A stretch of DNA of 39,225 nt from Candidatus Aenigmatarchaeota archaeon (GTDB taxonomy: Archaea; Aenigmatarchaeota; Aenigmatarchaeia; CG10238-14; SpSt-28): positions 1-39,225 of the forward strand of contig JBMFIJ010000002.1 in the NCBI GenBank assembly GCA_049976365.1, in the 5' to 3' direction. The translations under genes were made by a program, and so were the position numbers. Within the stretch, counting starts at the first letter, position 1, and each line of letters opens with the position of its first letter. Under the pieces are notes generated by a model, which was given only the letters and a program-made list of their open reading frames with translations, did not search any database and had not been told where the DNA came from. Below, in pieces: positions 25,168 through 34,182 of the stretch.

Positions 25168-26522
25168 TGAGTTTGTTCTTGGATGAAGTAGAAAGAATAG
25201 CTAATATTTTTAAAGCACTGATTAAAGAAAAAAAAGTTAGGATTTACTCTCAATATGATACTGATGGAATAAGTTCTGCTGCTATACTTTCTAAAGTTTT
25301 AATTAGAGAAAACAAAAATTTTGAAATAAAAATATTTAAACAGTTAAATAAAACGAGTATTTCTCAAATAAAATTTAATGAAAAGGATTTGCTTGTTTTT
25401 TTAGATATGGGAAGCGGACAATTAGAAAATTTAAAACCTATTATTGAAAAAACGAACGTTTTAATAATAGATCACCATCAACCAATTTTTTATGAACATC
25501 CAAACCTTTTTCATATAAATCCTTTACTTTATGGTGAAAAAGCAGAAAAATATTCGGCTTCCATACTTTCTTATCTTTTTTCCAAGTTTATAAGTGAGAA
25601 AAACATGAATTTGATAGATTTAGCAATTTTAGGTGCTATTGCTGATAGAAGAGAAGAAGGCTTAGAAGTTTCAGAAGTTAAAAAACTTATTGAAGAGGCA
25701 GTTAAATTAGGAATAGTTGAAGTTAAAAAAGATTTAAAAATTTTCGGGTTTAACAAGCCTTTATACAAGGCAATAGCTTATAGTATTGAGCCATTTTTAC
25801 CTAAAATATACGGTAATGAGGCTGCTGCAATTCAGTTTTTAAACGACATTGGAATTAAAGTGAAAGATGGAGAAAAATGGAGAGAATTGAAAGATTTAAG
25901 CGATGATGAGAAGAAGAAAATAGCGGATGGTATAATTAAGGAAAGAAATGGAAATATAGAGGTTTCTGAAGTTTTCGGCGAAGTTTATCAGTTTCTAAAA
26001 AGGCCAGATATAATAGGAGATGCAAGAGAATTTTCAGTTTTAATAAATGCTTGTAGCAAAAGCGGATATTCTGACATAGCATTAAGGTTAGCTCTAGGGG
26101 ATTATTCAGTTTACAATTTTGCTTTTGATGTTTTTGAAAATTATAGGAGAGAAATATCTAAAGCAATTAATTTTCTTGAAAACGGCAATATAATCGAAAA
26201 AGAAAACGGTATATATCTTTTAGGAATTAATCAAGTTCCAGATTATTTGATAGGAGCAATTACTTCAATTTTTTTAAATTCTTTAAATTCAAATAAACCT
26301 ATTTTCGGATTAGCATACGATAAGGTAAGCAATATGATTAAAGTATCTGCAAGAAGCAAGAATAGCAATTTAAATTTAAAAGAAATTTTGGATAGTGTAG
26401 TAAAGGTAATAGGCGGAGAAGCAGGAGGTCATAAAGAAGCAGCTGGCGCATTTATACCTTTAGGAAAAGAAAAAGAATTTATAGAAATAACAAATAAGAT
26501 TTTGGGTGAGAAGAATGCCTAA
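25167..26522 (+). CDS. recJ: Archaeal RecJ/Cdc45-like DHH phosphoesterase (GAN-type nuclease homologue)
   Basis: Motifs are YDTDGISSAAIL, IIDHHQP (DHH) and the DHHA1-type GGEAGGHKEAAGA. Its ATG shares one nt with the rps15 TGA (TGATG), and its 3' end overlaps rps3ae by 8 nt. Confidence 0.85.
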   Translation: MSLFLDEVERIANIFKALIKEKKVRIYSQYDTDGISSAAILSKVLIRENKNFEIKIFKQLNKTSISQIKFNEKDLLVFLDMGSGQLENLKPIIEKTNVLIIDHHQPIFYEHPNLFHINPLLYGEKAEKYSASILSYLFSKFISEKNMNLIDLAILGAIADRREEGLEVSEVKKLIEEAVKLGIVEVKKDLKIFGFNKPLYKAIAYSIEPFLPKIYGNEAAAIQFLNDIGIKVKDGEKWRELKDLSDDEKKKIADGIIKERNGNIEVSEVFGEVYQFLKRPDIIGDAREFSVLINACSKSGYSDIALRLALGDYSVYNFAFDVFENYRREISKAINFLENGNIIEKENGIYLLGINQVPDYLIGAITSIFLNSLNSNKPIFGLAYDKVSNMIKVSARSKNSNLNLKEILDSVVKVIGGEAGGHKEAAGAFIPLGKEKEFIEITNKILGEKNA

Positions 26523-27126
26523 AGCAAAGAAAGTTAAAGTATGGCTGAAATTAATCTCGCCAGAATTTTTAGGTAAAAGAGAATTGGGAGAAATTCCAGC
26601 AAATGAACCAGAAGCAGCTGTTGGAAGGAGAGTTATTTTAAGCGCCATAGATGTTCTTAACGATTTCAATAAATATTACTTAAAATTTCATTTCAAAATA
26701 GGAAGAGTTGATAATCAAAACGCATATCTTTACTTTGATGGTTTAGAATGCACAAGAGATTATATAGCTAGAATGATAAGAAGAAGGGTTGATAGAACAG
26801 ATTTAATTGTTGATTTAGAAACTAAAGATGGTATAAAATTAAGAATAAAAACAATAACAGTAACTAGAAAAATTCCAAGCAGTATAAGAACTAAAATAAG
26901 AAAGAAGATTTTGGAGATTCTTTCTGAAGAAATTAAAAAAAGTACAATGGAAGAATTCATTTTAAAGGTTCTATCTGATGATTTCAAAAATTCGATAGCA
27001 TCTCAGATTAAAAAGATCTATCCGCTAAGAAATTTCGAGTTTAGAAAAATTGAAGTTAAGACACCATTAGAGGCTTTATTGAAGAAAGAGAAAGAGAAGC
27101 AAAAAGAAGAAGTAAAAACACAATAG
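26515..27126 (+). CDS. rps3ae: Ribosomal protein eS1 (S3Ae)
   Basis: WLKLISPEFLGKRELGEIPANEPEAAVGRRVILSAIDVLNDFNKYYLKFHFKI... is the typical S3Ae pattern. I prefer ATG 26515 over the GTG at 26506. Confidence 0.92.
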   Translation: MPKAKKVKVWLKLISPEFLGKRELGEIPANEPEAAVGRRVILSAIDVLNDFNKYYLKFHFKIGRVDNQNAYLYFDGLECTRDYIARMIRRRVDRTDLIVDLETKDGIKLRIKTITVTRKIPSSIRTKIRKKILEILSEEIKKSTMEEFILKVLSDDFKNSIASQIKKIYPLRNFEFRKIEVKTPLEALLKKEKEKQKEEVKTQ

Positions 27127-28213
27127 AAATTATTTTTGATATTTTTTCCCCTCTTTTATTGCCTAGAAATTCTTTTAGTGCTTCCCTTACTATTAGACCA
27201 CCGTCTAATGGAACTATTGGAAGCATGTTCGCTATAGCCACTCCAATACTTAGAAACAATATCCACTGAAATATTGAAAATAAATGAGAAAAAATTGAAA
27301 TTACAATTGGGGAAGCTTCTTCCTTATTCCATTTAAATACAAAATATGTTTGAGCACCATAAATTCCAATAAAAGGTTTTCCATTTTTTTCTTCAAGAGT
27401 TAAATTAAATGTCCCTTTTGATGTTTTTATTTCTACAGTAGAATTAGGTTTTGCATTTAACAAAAAATTTTGTAAGTCAAAAACATCTTTTATTGTTTGA
27501 TTATCAATAGCATAGATAATACCTTCTAGCTTAACTTTTTCTGCTGGAGAATCTTTAATTGTATTGTTAAACTTTACTCCTATTGGCTCTATTAGAAAAG
27601 AAAAAAGTTGAGAAGTTAGTATAAGCAAAATAAAGAAAAATAGTGCAGTTATTAAATTGCCTAGACTACCAGCAGAAAATATTTTTATTTTACTTGTTAG
27701 TTTAGATTTTTTTAGTTTTACTTCATCTATATCCACAAAAGCGCCAATAGGTAAAAGCAAAAGATAAAGTAATCCATATCTTTTAGTTTTTATATCTTCA
27801 CTTCTTGCTATTAGAGCATGCAACGATTCATGCGGTAAAACTATTAAAAAAATTGAGATAATCCAATACCAAAATGGAATTGAGATTATAGGGCCAGGGT
27901 ATTTGTACCCAGAAACTGTTGGTAAAACTAAGGCAACGCTTGGCCTTAAACTAATTAGTGAAGTTATTATGAAATATGGTCCGACTAAAAGAAGGATTGG
28001 AGTAGAAATTAGAGAAATCAACCCAATAATCTTAAAAACCTTCTTATGATTTTCTACATAATTGTTTATTAATTCTACGTATTTTTGTGAATATTCGAAA
28101 ATCAATCCTTTTTCAAATTTTACATTTTTTCTCCTTTTGTAAAGCCTAATTGAAACAATAGAAAAAAATATTATAAAGAAAACAATTTCTAAAATATTAA
28201 CCATCTTTTTCAC
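27056..28213 (-). CDS. Site-2 protease family (M50) membrane metalloprotease with PDZ domain
   Basis: 385 aa. HESLHALIA (HExxH) lies in a TM region. The PDZ-like segment is DSPAEKVKLEGIIYAIDNQTIKDVFDLQNFL. The second motif is NMLPIVPLDGG. Confidence 0.9.
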   Translation of the reverse strand: MKKMVNILEIVFFIIFFSIVSIRLYKRRKNVKFEKGLIFEYSQKYVELINNYVENHKKVFKIIGLISLISTPILLLVGPYFIITSLISLRPSVALVLPTVSGYKYPGPIISIPFWYWIISIFLIVLPHESLHALIARSEDIKTKRYGLLYLLLLPIGAFVDIDEVKLKKSKLTSKIKIFSAGSLGNLITALFFFILLILTSQLFSFLIEPIGVKFNNTIKDSPAEKVKLEGIIYAIDNQTIKDVFDLQNFLLNAKPNSTVEIKTSKGTFNLTLEEKNGKPFIGIYGAQTYFVFKWNKEEASPIVISIFSHLFSIFQWILFLSIGVAIANMLPIVPLDGGLIVREALKEFLGNKRGEKISKIISIVFLLLLFASLSLSSIKPLMVS

Positions 28214-29057
28214 TCCTTTTCTTAACTAATATTTCTACACAAACTTTCCACTTCCTCGGTGCATATGGTAAAACTTTTCTCTCGTTTATTATTTTGTATT
28301 TTACTCTTAATTTTTCCATTTCTTCTTTTATTATTTTTTCTACATTTTCAAAGACATTTGGTTCTTTACCCCAATTATAAAAGTGTATTATACCTTTCTT
28401 TTTTAAACATTTTACAGCTAAATCCAAGAAATTTTCTGCACCCATGGGAAGAGGCATTACAACTCTATCACACTTATTAAAAAATTCTACGCATTTTTCT
28501 CTAACATCCCCTTCTATAACTTTAACCTTATCTTCTACTTTATTCAATTTGACATTTTCTTTAGCATATTTTACTGCTATTGGATTAATTTCAATAGCTA
28601 TAACTTCTTTAACTTTTGGTTGTTTTTTTGCAATTTGTATAGCATAGGGAGCAACTCCAGCAAACATTACCATAACAGTTTCATTTTCTTTAACCTGACT
28701 AGCTATTCTTTGTCTTTCAGTTAATTCTCTAGGCGAAAAGTAAACTTTTGTTGGGTCTAGCTTAAAAATACAACCATATTCTTTATGGATGGTTTCAAAT
28801 TTTTTTTCTCCAGCTAAGAATTTATACTTTCTTATTCTGTAAATTCCTTTCCTCTCGCTAGCTTTTTCTAAAACAGTTTTTATATGTTTATTTAAATCCA
28901 TTATTACCTTTGCTATAATTTTCTTTTCTTTTTGAGTTACATTTTTTGGAAACTCCAAAATAGCTATATGACCTATTACATCAAAACTTCCTGGTCTTTT
29001 TTCTTTGATTTTTTCCAATTGCACAAAAGCTTTAGTTTCTCTTTCCAATTTACTCAT
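28197..29057 (-). CDS. trm5: tRNA (guanine37-N1)-methyltransferase Trm5 family (class I SAM MTase)
   Basis: 286 aa. SFDVIGHIAILEF (the D2-like domain start), FSPRELTERQRI, SAM-binding VMVMFAGVAPYAIQIA, AIEINP and VVMPLP are all present. Confidence 0.85.
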   Translation of the reverse strand: MSKLERETKAFVQLEKIKEKRPGSFDVIGHIAILEFPKNVTQKEKKIIAKVIMDLNKHIKTVLEKASERKGIYRIRKYKFLAGEKKFETIHKEYGCIFKLDPTKVYFSPRELTERQRIASQVKENETVMVMFAGVAPYAIQIAKKQPKVKEVIAIEINPIAVKYAKENVKLNKVEDKVKVIEGDVREKCVEFFNKCDRVVMPLPMGAENFLDLAVKCLKKKGIIHFYNWGKEPNVFENVEKIIKEEMEKLRVKYKIINERKVLPYAPRKWKVCVEILVKKRSEKDG

Positions 29058-29084
29058 TTTAATTAATTTTTTCTAACTATTTTT

Positions 29085-29819
29085 ATGTTAATTCTCGCCG
29101 GCTTAGGAATTTCAGATGAAAAAGGAATAACTCTCGAGGAATTGGAAGAAGCTAAGAAAGCCGATTTAATATTTATCGAGTTATACACTAGCATATGGCT
29201 TGGTAGCTTAGAAAACCTTTCTAATCTTGTTGGAAAAGAAATTAAGCTTTTGAAAAGGAAAGACTTGGAAGATAATTTAGAATATTTATTAGAATTGGCA
29301 AAAAATAAAAACGTTTTAATTTTTGTTCCAGGAGATCCTTTAATTGCAACAACTCATTCTTCCTTAATGTTAGAAAGTAAAAAAAGAGGTATTGAGTTTA
29401 AAATTTATCATAACTCTTCAATTTTTTCTGCTATTTGTGAGACAGGTTTGCATATATATAAGTTTGGTCCTACAATTACAATACCGCTAAAAAATAGAGG
29501 AGAAAATTTCTTATCGATACTTCAAAAAATAAGAGAAAACAAAAGAAGAGGATTGCATACACTTTGTCTTCTAGATATTGACCTAGAAAAAAATGAAAAG
29601 CTTTCTGTTAAAGAGGCTATAGATTTTCTTTTAGAGAATAAAGCAATTAGCGAAGATGAAGAAATTTTAGTTGTTTCATGTTTAGGCAGCAAAAAGCAAA
29701 CAATTGTTTATGATAAGGCTGAAAACTTACTAAAAAAAGAATTTGAATTACCAGCTAGTTTAATTTTACCAGGGGAACTACATTTTTCTGAAAAGGAATT
29801 TCTCTCTCTTTATGAATAA
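29085..29819 (+). CDS. dph5: Diphthine synthase
   Basis: 244 aa. MLILAGLGISDEKGITLEELEEAKKADLIFIELYTS and PGDPLIATTH match the tetrapyrrole-methylase-fold Dph5/DphB signature. Confidence 0.9.
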   Translation: MLILAGLGISDEKGITLEELEEAKKADLIFIELYTSIWLGSLENLSNLVGKEIKLLKRKDLEDNLEYLLELAKNKNVLIFVPGDPLIATTHSSLMLESKKRGIEFKIYHNSSIFSAICETGLHIYKFGPTITIPLKNRGENFLSILQKIRENKRRGLHTLCLLDIDLEKNEKLSVKEAIDFLLENKAISEDEEILVVSCLGSKKQTIVYDKAENLLKKEFELPASLILPGELHFSEKEFLSLYE

Positions 29820-30377
29820 CTATTTTTTCTTTTCTTCTTTTCCTGTTATCCAGACAATAAATGCAATTATACCGAAGAAAATCAAAAGAAATATTATTGA
29901 ATAAATAATGTCAGAGTTTATAATTTCAGCTGAAATCCCAAAAAAAGGGGAAAGACCGCTACTTATTAATACAGCAAATCCTATTAGTATCCCAAATATT
30001 AACAATCCTATACCAAATTTTCCTTTAAGTTTATCTTGTAAAGTAGCGGGCATGGCTCCTTCCGGAAAGAACATACCAGCTATAATCAATCCAACAATTA
30101 TAACTAAAGTAGCTACTGTTCCTTTAAAAAAGAAGTTAGCGAAAAATTGTTGATATTCTTCAATGCTGGTTCCAGTGATAATTGGATAAGCCCATACCAT
30201 AAAAGCTGCAGTAAGAGCAACTATAGCATTAACAACTACATTTTTTTCTGGCTCTCCAAAAAGTTTAGACCTTCTCAATAAACCATAAAAAATGGCGGAA
30301 GTTAGAAGGAAAGGCAAGAATGCAAAAAACCCCATTCTGTTAAGGTTAATTATTACGGTTTCTAGTGGGCTTACCAT
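29820..30377 (-). CDS. Multi-pass membrane protein, paralogue of the adjacent upstream gene
   Basis: 185 aa with about 5 TM helices. The N-terminal ~100 aa align with the neighbour: ...MGFFAFLPFLLTSAIFYGLLRRSKLFGE...NAIVALTAAFMVWAYPIITG versus ...LGFFNLLTFILALTLIYALLRQKKFLGE...NAIVSFSIAFFIFAYPVITG. Confidence 0.75.
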   Translation of the reverse strand: MVSPLETVIINLNRMGFFAFLPFLLTSAIFYGLLRRSKLFGEPEKNVVVNAIVALTAAFMVWAYPIITGTSIEEYQQFFANFFFKGTVATLVIIVGLIIAGMFFPEGAMPATLQDKLKGKFGIGLLIFGILIGFAVLISSGLSPFFGISAEIINSDIIYSIIFLLIFFGIIAFIVWITGKEEKKK

Positions 30378-30907
30378 TATCCTCTACCTATACTTCCCGC
30401 TATAATTAATACTACAACAGCAATTATTAATCCTGTTATCAATAAAGAAACATCTAGAGGGGCAGAAGGACCTTTTTGTTGAGAAGATGTTGCTCCTGAA
30501 TATATAACTCCGACTAACCCACTAGTTACAAAGAGAGCTAGAGAAATGGCAATCATTGCAAAAAGCGTATTTCTACTTTGGAAGAACTTCTGCAGTGTTT
30601 CCAATAAGTTTGGATAGAAAAAACTAGCTATTAAAAAACCTATGAAAAAGAGAAGTATAAAGACAAAGGCCTGGGAAAAAAATGTTGTTAAAGGAGCAAC
30701 TAAACTAATCCCCGTTATAACAGGATATGCAAAAATGAAAAAAGCTATAGAAAATGATACTATTGCGTTAATTAAAGGATTTTCGCCTAAAAACTTTTTT
30801 TGTCTAAGAAGAGCATAAATAAGAGTCAGTGCAAGAATAAATGTTAAAAGGTTAAAAAATCCCAGTCCAACAAGCTGTTGAATTATTGGAGCGAATATAT
30901 CTCCCAT
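30377..30907 (-). CDS. Multi-pass membrane protein, paralogue of the adjacent downstream gene
   Basis: 176 aa with about 5 TM helices. Its stop and the downstream start overlap as TAATG at 30375-30379 on the - strand. Confidence 0.75.
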   Translation of the reverse strand: MGDIFAPIIQQLVGLGFFNLLTFILALTLIYALLRQKKFLGENPLINAIVSFSIAFFIFAYPVITGISLVAPLTTFFSQAFVFILLFFIGFLIASFFYPNLLETLQKFFQSRNTLFAMIAISLALFVTSGLVGVIYSGATSSQQKGPSAPLDVSLLITGLIIAVVVLIIAGSIGRG

Positions 30908-30942
30908 TTTTTTATTTGTTTTTAATTTTTATATAAGAAATT

Positions 30943-31587
30943 TTATTTGTTTACCAGTTTCGAAAGGGATCTAACAGAATCTATTAATGCTGGTAGAATT
31001 TCCTTGAAAATTTCTTCAAGAGTACTTATCTTAGTCGAAAGTTCTTTGATATCATTATCCAGTTTATCCAATTCAACCAATATCTTTCTTTCTTCTTCAG
31101 TTTTAGAAGTTATTACTTCTTTTATACTAGCGCTTAATTCATTAATTCTTCTCTCAGTTTCTAGATATTTTGCATTTACATTTTCTATATCTTTCTTTAA
31201 CTCGTTTATTCTGGATTGGATTAAATAGTCTATATAATTAAAAAAATCATCCCAAGAATATTGTTGGGATTGATATTGTGTTAGATCTTGAGTTTGAGGA
31301 TATTGAGTTAAAGCAGGTTCTTGCTTTGGTTTAGTTTTTTCAGCTATTTCCTCTAAAGTAGGCAGCTTCTCTTCACTTTTAGCTTCTTCCCTAGTTTCTA
31401 TAGTTTCAACTTTTTTAATTTGTTCTTTTAACGCTTCACTCAAAGCTATATCAATTTCTTTAGGAGAATATCCCTCTTTCCTAAGAACGTCTATAATTTC
31501 TGGTTCAGAAAAACCATGCGATGAAAGCTCTTTAACTCTTCCTATTGGAGGCACCCTTTCCTTTTTTTTAAAAATTTGCAATGCCAT
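30943..31587 (-). CDS. Coiled-coil protein with small N-terminal helical domain
   Basis: 214 aa. The N-terminus has an internally repeated motif, GFSEPEIIDVLRKEGYSPKEIDIAL. A Q/T/P-rich linker follows, then a long heptad-like C-terminal region. No family is recognised. Confidence 0.7.
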   Translation of the reverse strand: MALQIFKKKERVPPIGRVKELSSHGFSEPEIIDVLRKEGYSPKEIDIALSEALKEQIKKVETIETREEAKSEEKLPTLEEIAEKTKPKQEPALTQYPQTQDLTQYQSQQYSWDDFFNYIDYLIQSRINELKKDIENVNAKYLETERRINELSASIKEVITSKTEEERKILVELDKLDNDIKELSTKISTLEEIFKEILPALIDSVRSLSKLVNK

Positions 31588-31593
31588 ATTTAA

Positions 31594-31998
31594 TTATTTG
31601 TTTTCTTGCTTTAAAACACTTTTTATTTCTTCTATTTTCCTTTCCATTTCTTCTTTAGTAACAAAATTAGAGGTTAAAGGATTAAAAAGATCTAAGAAAA
31701 ACTTTATTTTTTGAAGCTCTGTTTTAGTTGCCAATTGGTCTATATTTTTCTTCAGATTTTCCATTTCTTCTTTAATTTGAGTCATTTGCTGCTTTATATC
31801 TTCTACTTTTTTTGAGCTTAAATCGCTATAAATCTTTAAATCAGTTTGTAATCCTTCTATCTTTTTTTCGATAGCCAAAATTCTCTCTTCTAACTTTTCG
31901 TTTTTAATTTCAATCATTCTAACTCTTCTATTAAGCTCGTTTAATTCTCTAGAAAAGTCAAATGCTTCTACTTTTTCTGGCATAGAATAATTTAACAA
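31594..31998 (-). CDS. Coiled-coil protein (134 aa)
   Basis: Almost entirely heptad-like (ELNELNRRVRMIEIKNEKLEERILAIEKKIEGLQTDLK...). It is transcribed divergently from the pilus ATPase gene, with only 15-30 bp between the starts. Confidence 0.65.
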   Translation of the reverse strand: MLNYSMPEKVEAFDFSRELNELNRRVRMIEIKNEKLEERILAIEKKIEGLQTDLKIYSDLSSKKVEDIKQQMTQIKEEMENLKKNIDQLATKTELQKIKFFLDLFNPLTSNFVTKEEMERKIEEIKSVLKQENK

Positions 31999-32013
31999 AA
32001 GATAATAAATATT

Positions 32014-34182
32014 ATGGAATTTGTTCTTAAAGAAAACGAGCTGAGGATAGATGCCAAAGATTGGAAAAGTTTTACCACTCTTGAAGATTCTCCAGAATTA
32101 ATGAAGATAATCATTCAAAAATTGGTTGAAATGCCAGAGATAGAAAGAATAACGATTTCAGAATTTAGAGAAATAGAGTATAATGAAGAGCAAGTAAAAA
32201 TGTTAAAAGAAATAGCAGATATTTATAGAAATTTTGTTTTTGAGAAAGGTGTATTAAGGCTTGATTTTTTCCCTGAAAGAAATCAAGAGACAAAAGAGCT
32301 AATAGATTTTTTACTTTCAGATCCGATTTGGTGCTACGTTAAAGTTTCTATGAAAGTTTTGAAAGAAAAAGGTAAGTATACTGATGAATTTCTAATCCCC
32401 CTTAAAGAATCTTTAGAAAGAACAAGATTGATAAGGGAAATTAAAGGGAAGCTAAATCAATATAGACCAAAAGATAGAGGTTTGTACAGAATAGTTTTCA
32501 TTCCAGTTATGAGACCAGTTTTTATGCTAAGCAGATTTACCTTATTCCCTCCAAAGAACTCTGAGTTAATAGAGAAATATTCTTTAAAAGATGGTAGCGA
32601 AGTTAACATTTACAGAGTTTCTGAAAAAGTTAGATTGCTATATTTTGTACTTTCTAAAGAATTTTCTTTATCTGAAGAAAAATACAGGTTGCTTAATGAA
32701 GCTAGAGCAATATTGATGGAAAGAGGAATGGAAGAGAGAGAAATGAAAGATTTTGAAACTGTTAGAAAAATATTTTTGGAAAGAAGCAAGGCAATAATAA
32801 AGGATTTGGTAATTAAAAACAATTTGCCAATTTCTCCTAAAGAGATTGAAGAGTTAGCAGAGATTTTGGTTAGATATACAGCAGGCTTTGGAGTTCTAGA
32901 AATTTTGTTAGCTGATGATAGAATTCAAGATATTTATGTTAATGCCCCTCCAGGCTCTTTACCAGTTTTCATAAATCATGCTGATTATGGGGAATGCGAA
33001 ACAAATTTAATTGTTACTCAGGAAGAAGCAGAATCTTGGGCTACGAGGTTTAGATTATATTCTGGAAGGCCTTTAGACGAGGCAAACCCAGTTTTAGATA
33101 CAGAAATCACTTTACCTTTTGGAAGAGCAAGAGTCGCAGCTGTTACAAGAACTTTATCTTCAGCTGGTTTAGGATTTGCTTTTAGAAGGCATAGAGAGAA
33201 ACCTTGGACATTTCCTTTGTTTATTAAGGCAAAGTACTTTAATCCTTTGTTTGCTGGTTTAATGAGCTTTATTATTGATGGAGGAAGAGCGGTTTTAGTT
33301 GCTGGGGGAAGAGGATCAGGAAAAACATCTTTACTTTCTTCAATGATTTTAGAATTAATGAGAAGATACAGAATAATAGTTCAAGAAGACACTCCAGAAT
33401 TACCAATTGAAATTTATAGAAAACTTGGATATAATGTTTTACATTTGAAGTCTAGAAGCGTTATTACTCATGTAGAAACTGAGCTAGCTCCTGAAGAAGC
33501 TTTAAGAACTGCTTTAAGATTGGGAGATTCTGCCTTAATTGTTGGGGAAGTTAGAAGTAAAGAATCTACTGTTTTATTTGAAGCTATGAGAATTGGGGCT
33601 TTAGCTAATTTAGTAGCTGGTACTATTCATGGAGAATCCGCTTATGGAGTTTACGATAGAGTTGTTCATGATTTAGGTTTGGTTCCAACCAGTTTTAAGG
33701 CGTTAGATATAATTGTTATTGCAAATGTAATAAAAAGTCCAGATGGTTTGCATAGGTTTAGAAGGGTTACTGAGGTTGTTGAAGTTAGAAAAAAATGGAA
33801 AGAAGATCCTATGCTCGAGGGAGCTTTTGTTCCTTTAATGACTTATTCAGCAAAAGAAGACACTTTAAAACCAACAGACGTTTTGCTAAATGGGGAGTCA
33901 GAAGTTTTGAATGAAATTTCTAAAAGAGTTAGAGAGTGGCATGGAGCTTGGGATAAGGTTTGGGAGAATATTTTGCTAAGAGGAAAAATTAAGCAAACTT
34001 TGGTTGATTATTCAGAAAAGTTAAATAAGCAAGAAATGTTAGAAGCAGAATTTGTCGTTCAAGCTAATGAAGCATTTCATTTAATTTCTGAAGAAGTTTC
34101 GAGAGAAATTGGGTATATAGATTCAAAAATTGTTTATGAGAGATGGTTAGAATGGTTAAAAGAGAAAATGAAGTATTTGTAA
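32014..34182 (+). CDS. Type IV filament assembly ATPase (FlaI/ArlI / PilB / GspE superfamily), enlarged (722 aa)
   Basis: Walker A GGRGSGKTS (residues ~431-439), Asp box IIVQEDTPEL, Walker B ALIVGEVRSKE, His box GTIHGES. The upstream conserved segment is GFGVLEILLADDRIQDIYVNAP. Confidence 0.92.
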   Translation: MEFVLKENELRIDAKDWKSFTTLEDSPELMKIIIQKLVEMPEIERITISEFREIEYNEEQVKMLKEIADIYRNFVFEKGVLRLDFFPERNQETKELIDFLLSDPIWCYVKVSMKVLKEKGKYTDEFLIPLKESLERTRLIREIKGKLNQYRPKDRGLYRIVFIPVMRPVFMLSRFTLFPPKNSELIEKYSLKDGSEVNIYRVSEKVRLLYFVLSKEFSLSEEKYRLLNEARAILMERGMEEREMKDFETVRKIFLERSKAIIKDLVIKNNLPISPKEIEELAEILVRYTAGFGVLEILLADDRIQDIYVNAPPGSLPVFINHADYGECETNLIVTQEEAESWATRFRLYSGRPLDEANPVLDTEITLPFGRARVAAVTRTLSSAGLGFAFRRHREKPWTFPLFIKAKYFNPLFAGLMSFIIDGGRAVLVAGGRGSGKTSLLSSMILELMRRYRIIVQEDTPELPIEIYRKLGYNVLHLKSRSVITHVETELAPEEALRTALRLGDSALIVGEVRSKESTVLFEAMRIGALANLVAGTIHGESAYGVYDRVVHDLGLVPTSFKALDIIVIANVIKSPDGLHRFRRVTEVVEVRKKWKEDPMLEGAFVPLMTYSAKEDTLKPTDVLLNGESEVLNEISKRVREWHGAWDKVWENILLRGKIKQTLVDYSEKLNKQEMLEAEFVVQANEAFHLISEEVSREIGYIDSKIVYERWLEWLKEKMKYL

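Noticed and set aside
30947-31228. 93-aa + strand ORF
   Set aside because: It is antisense to the coiled-coil gene. Its S/L/I-rich translation mirrors E/K/L heptads.
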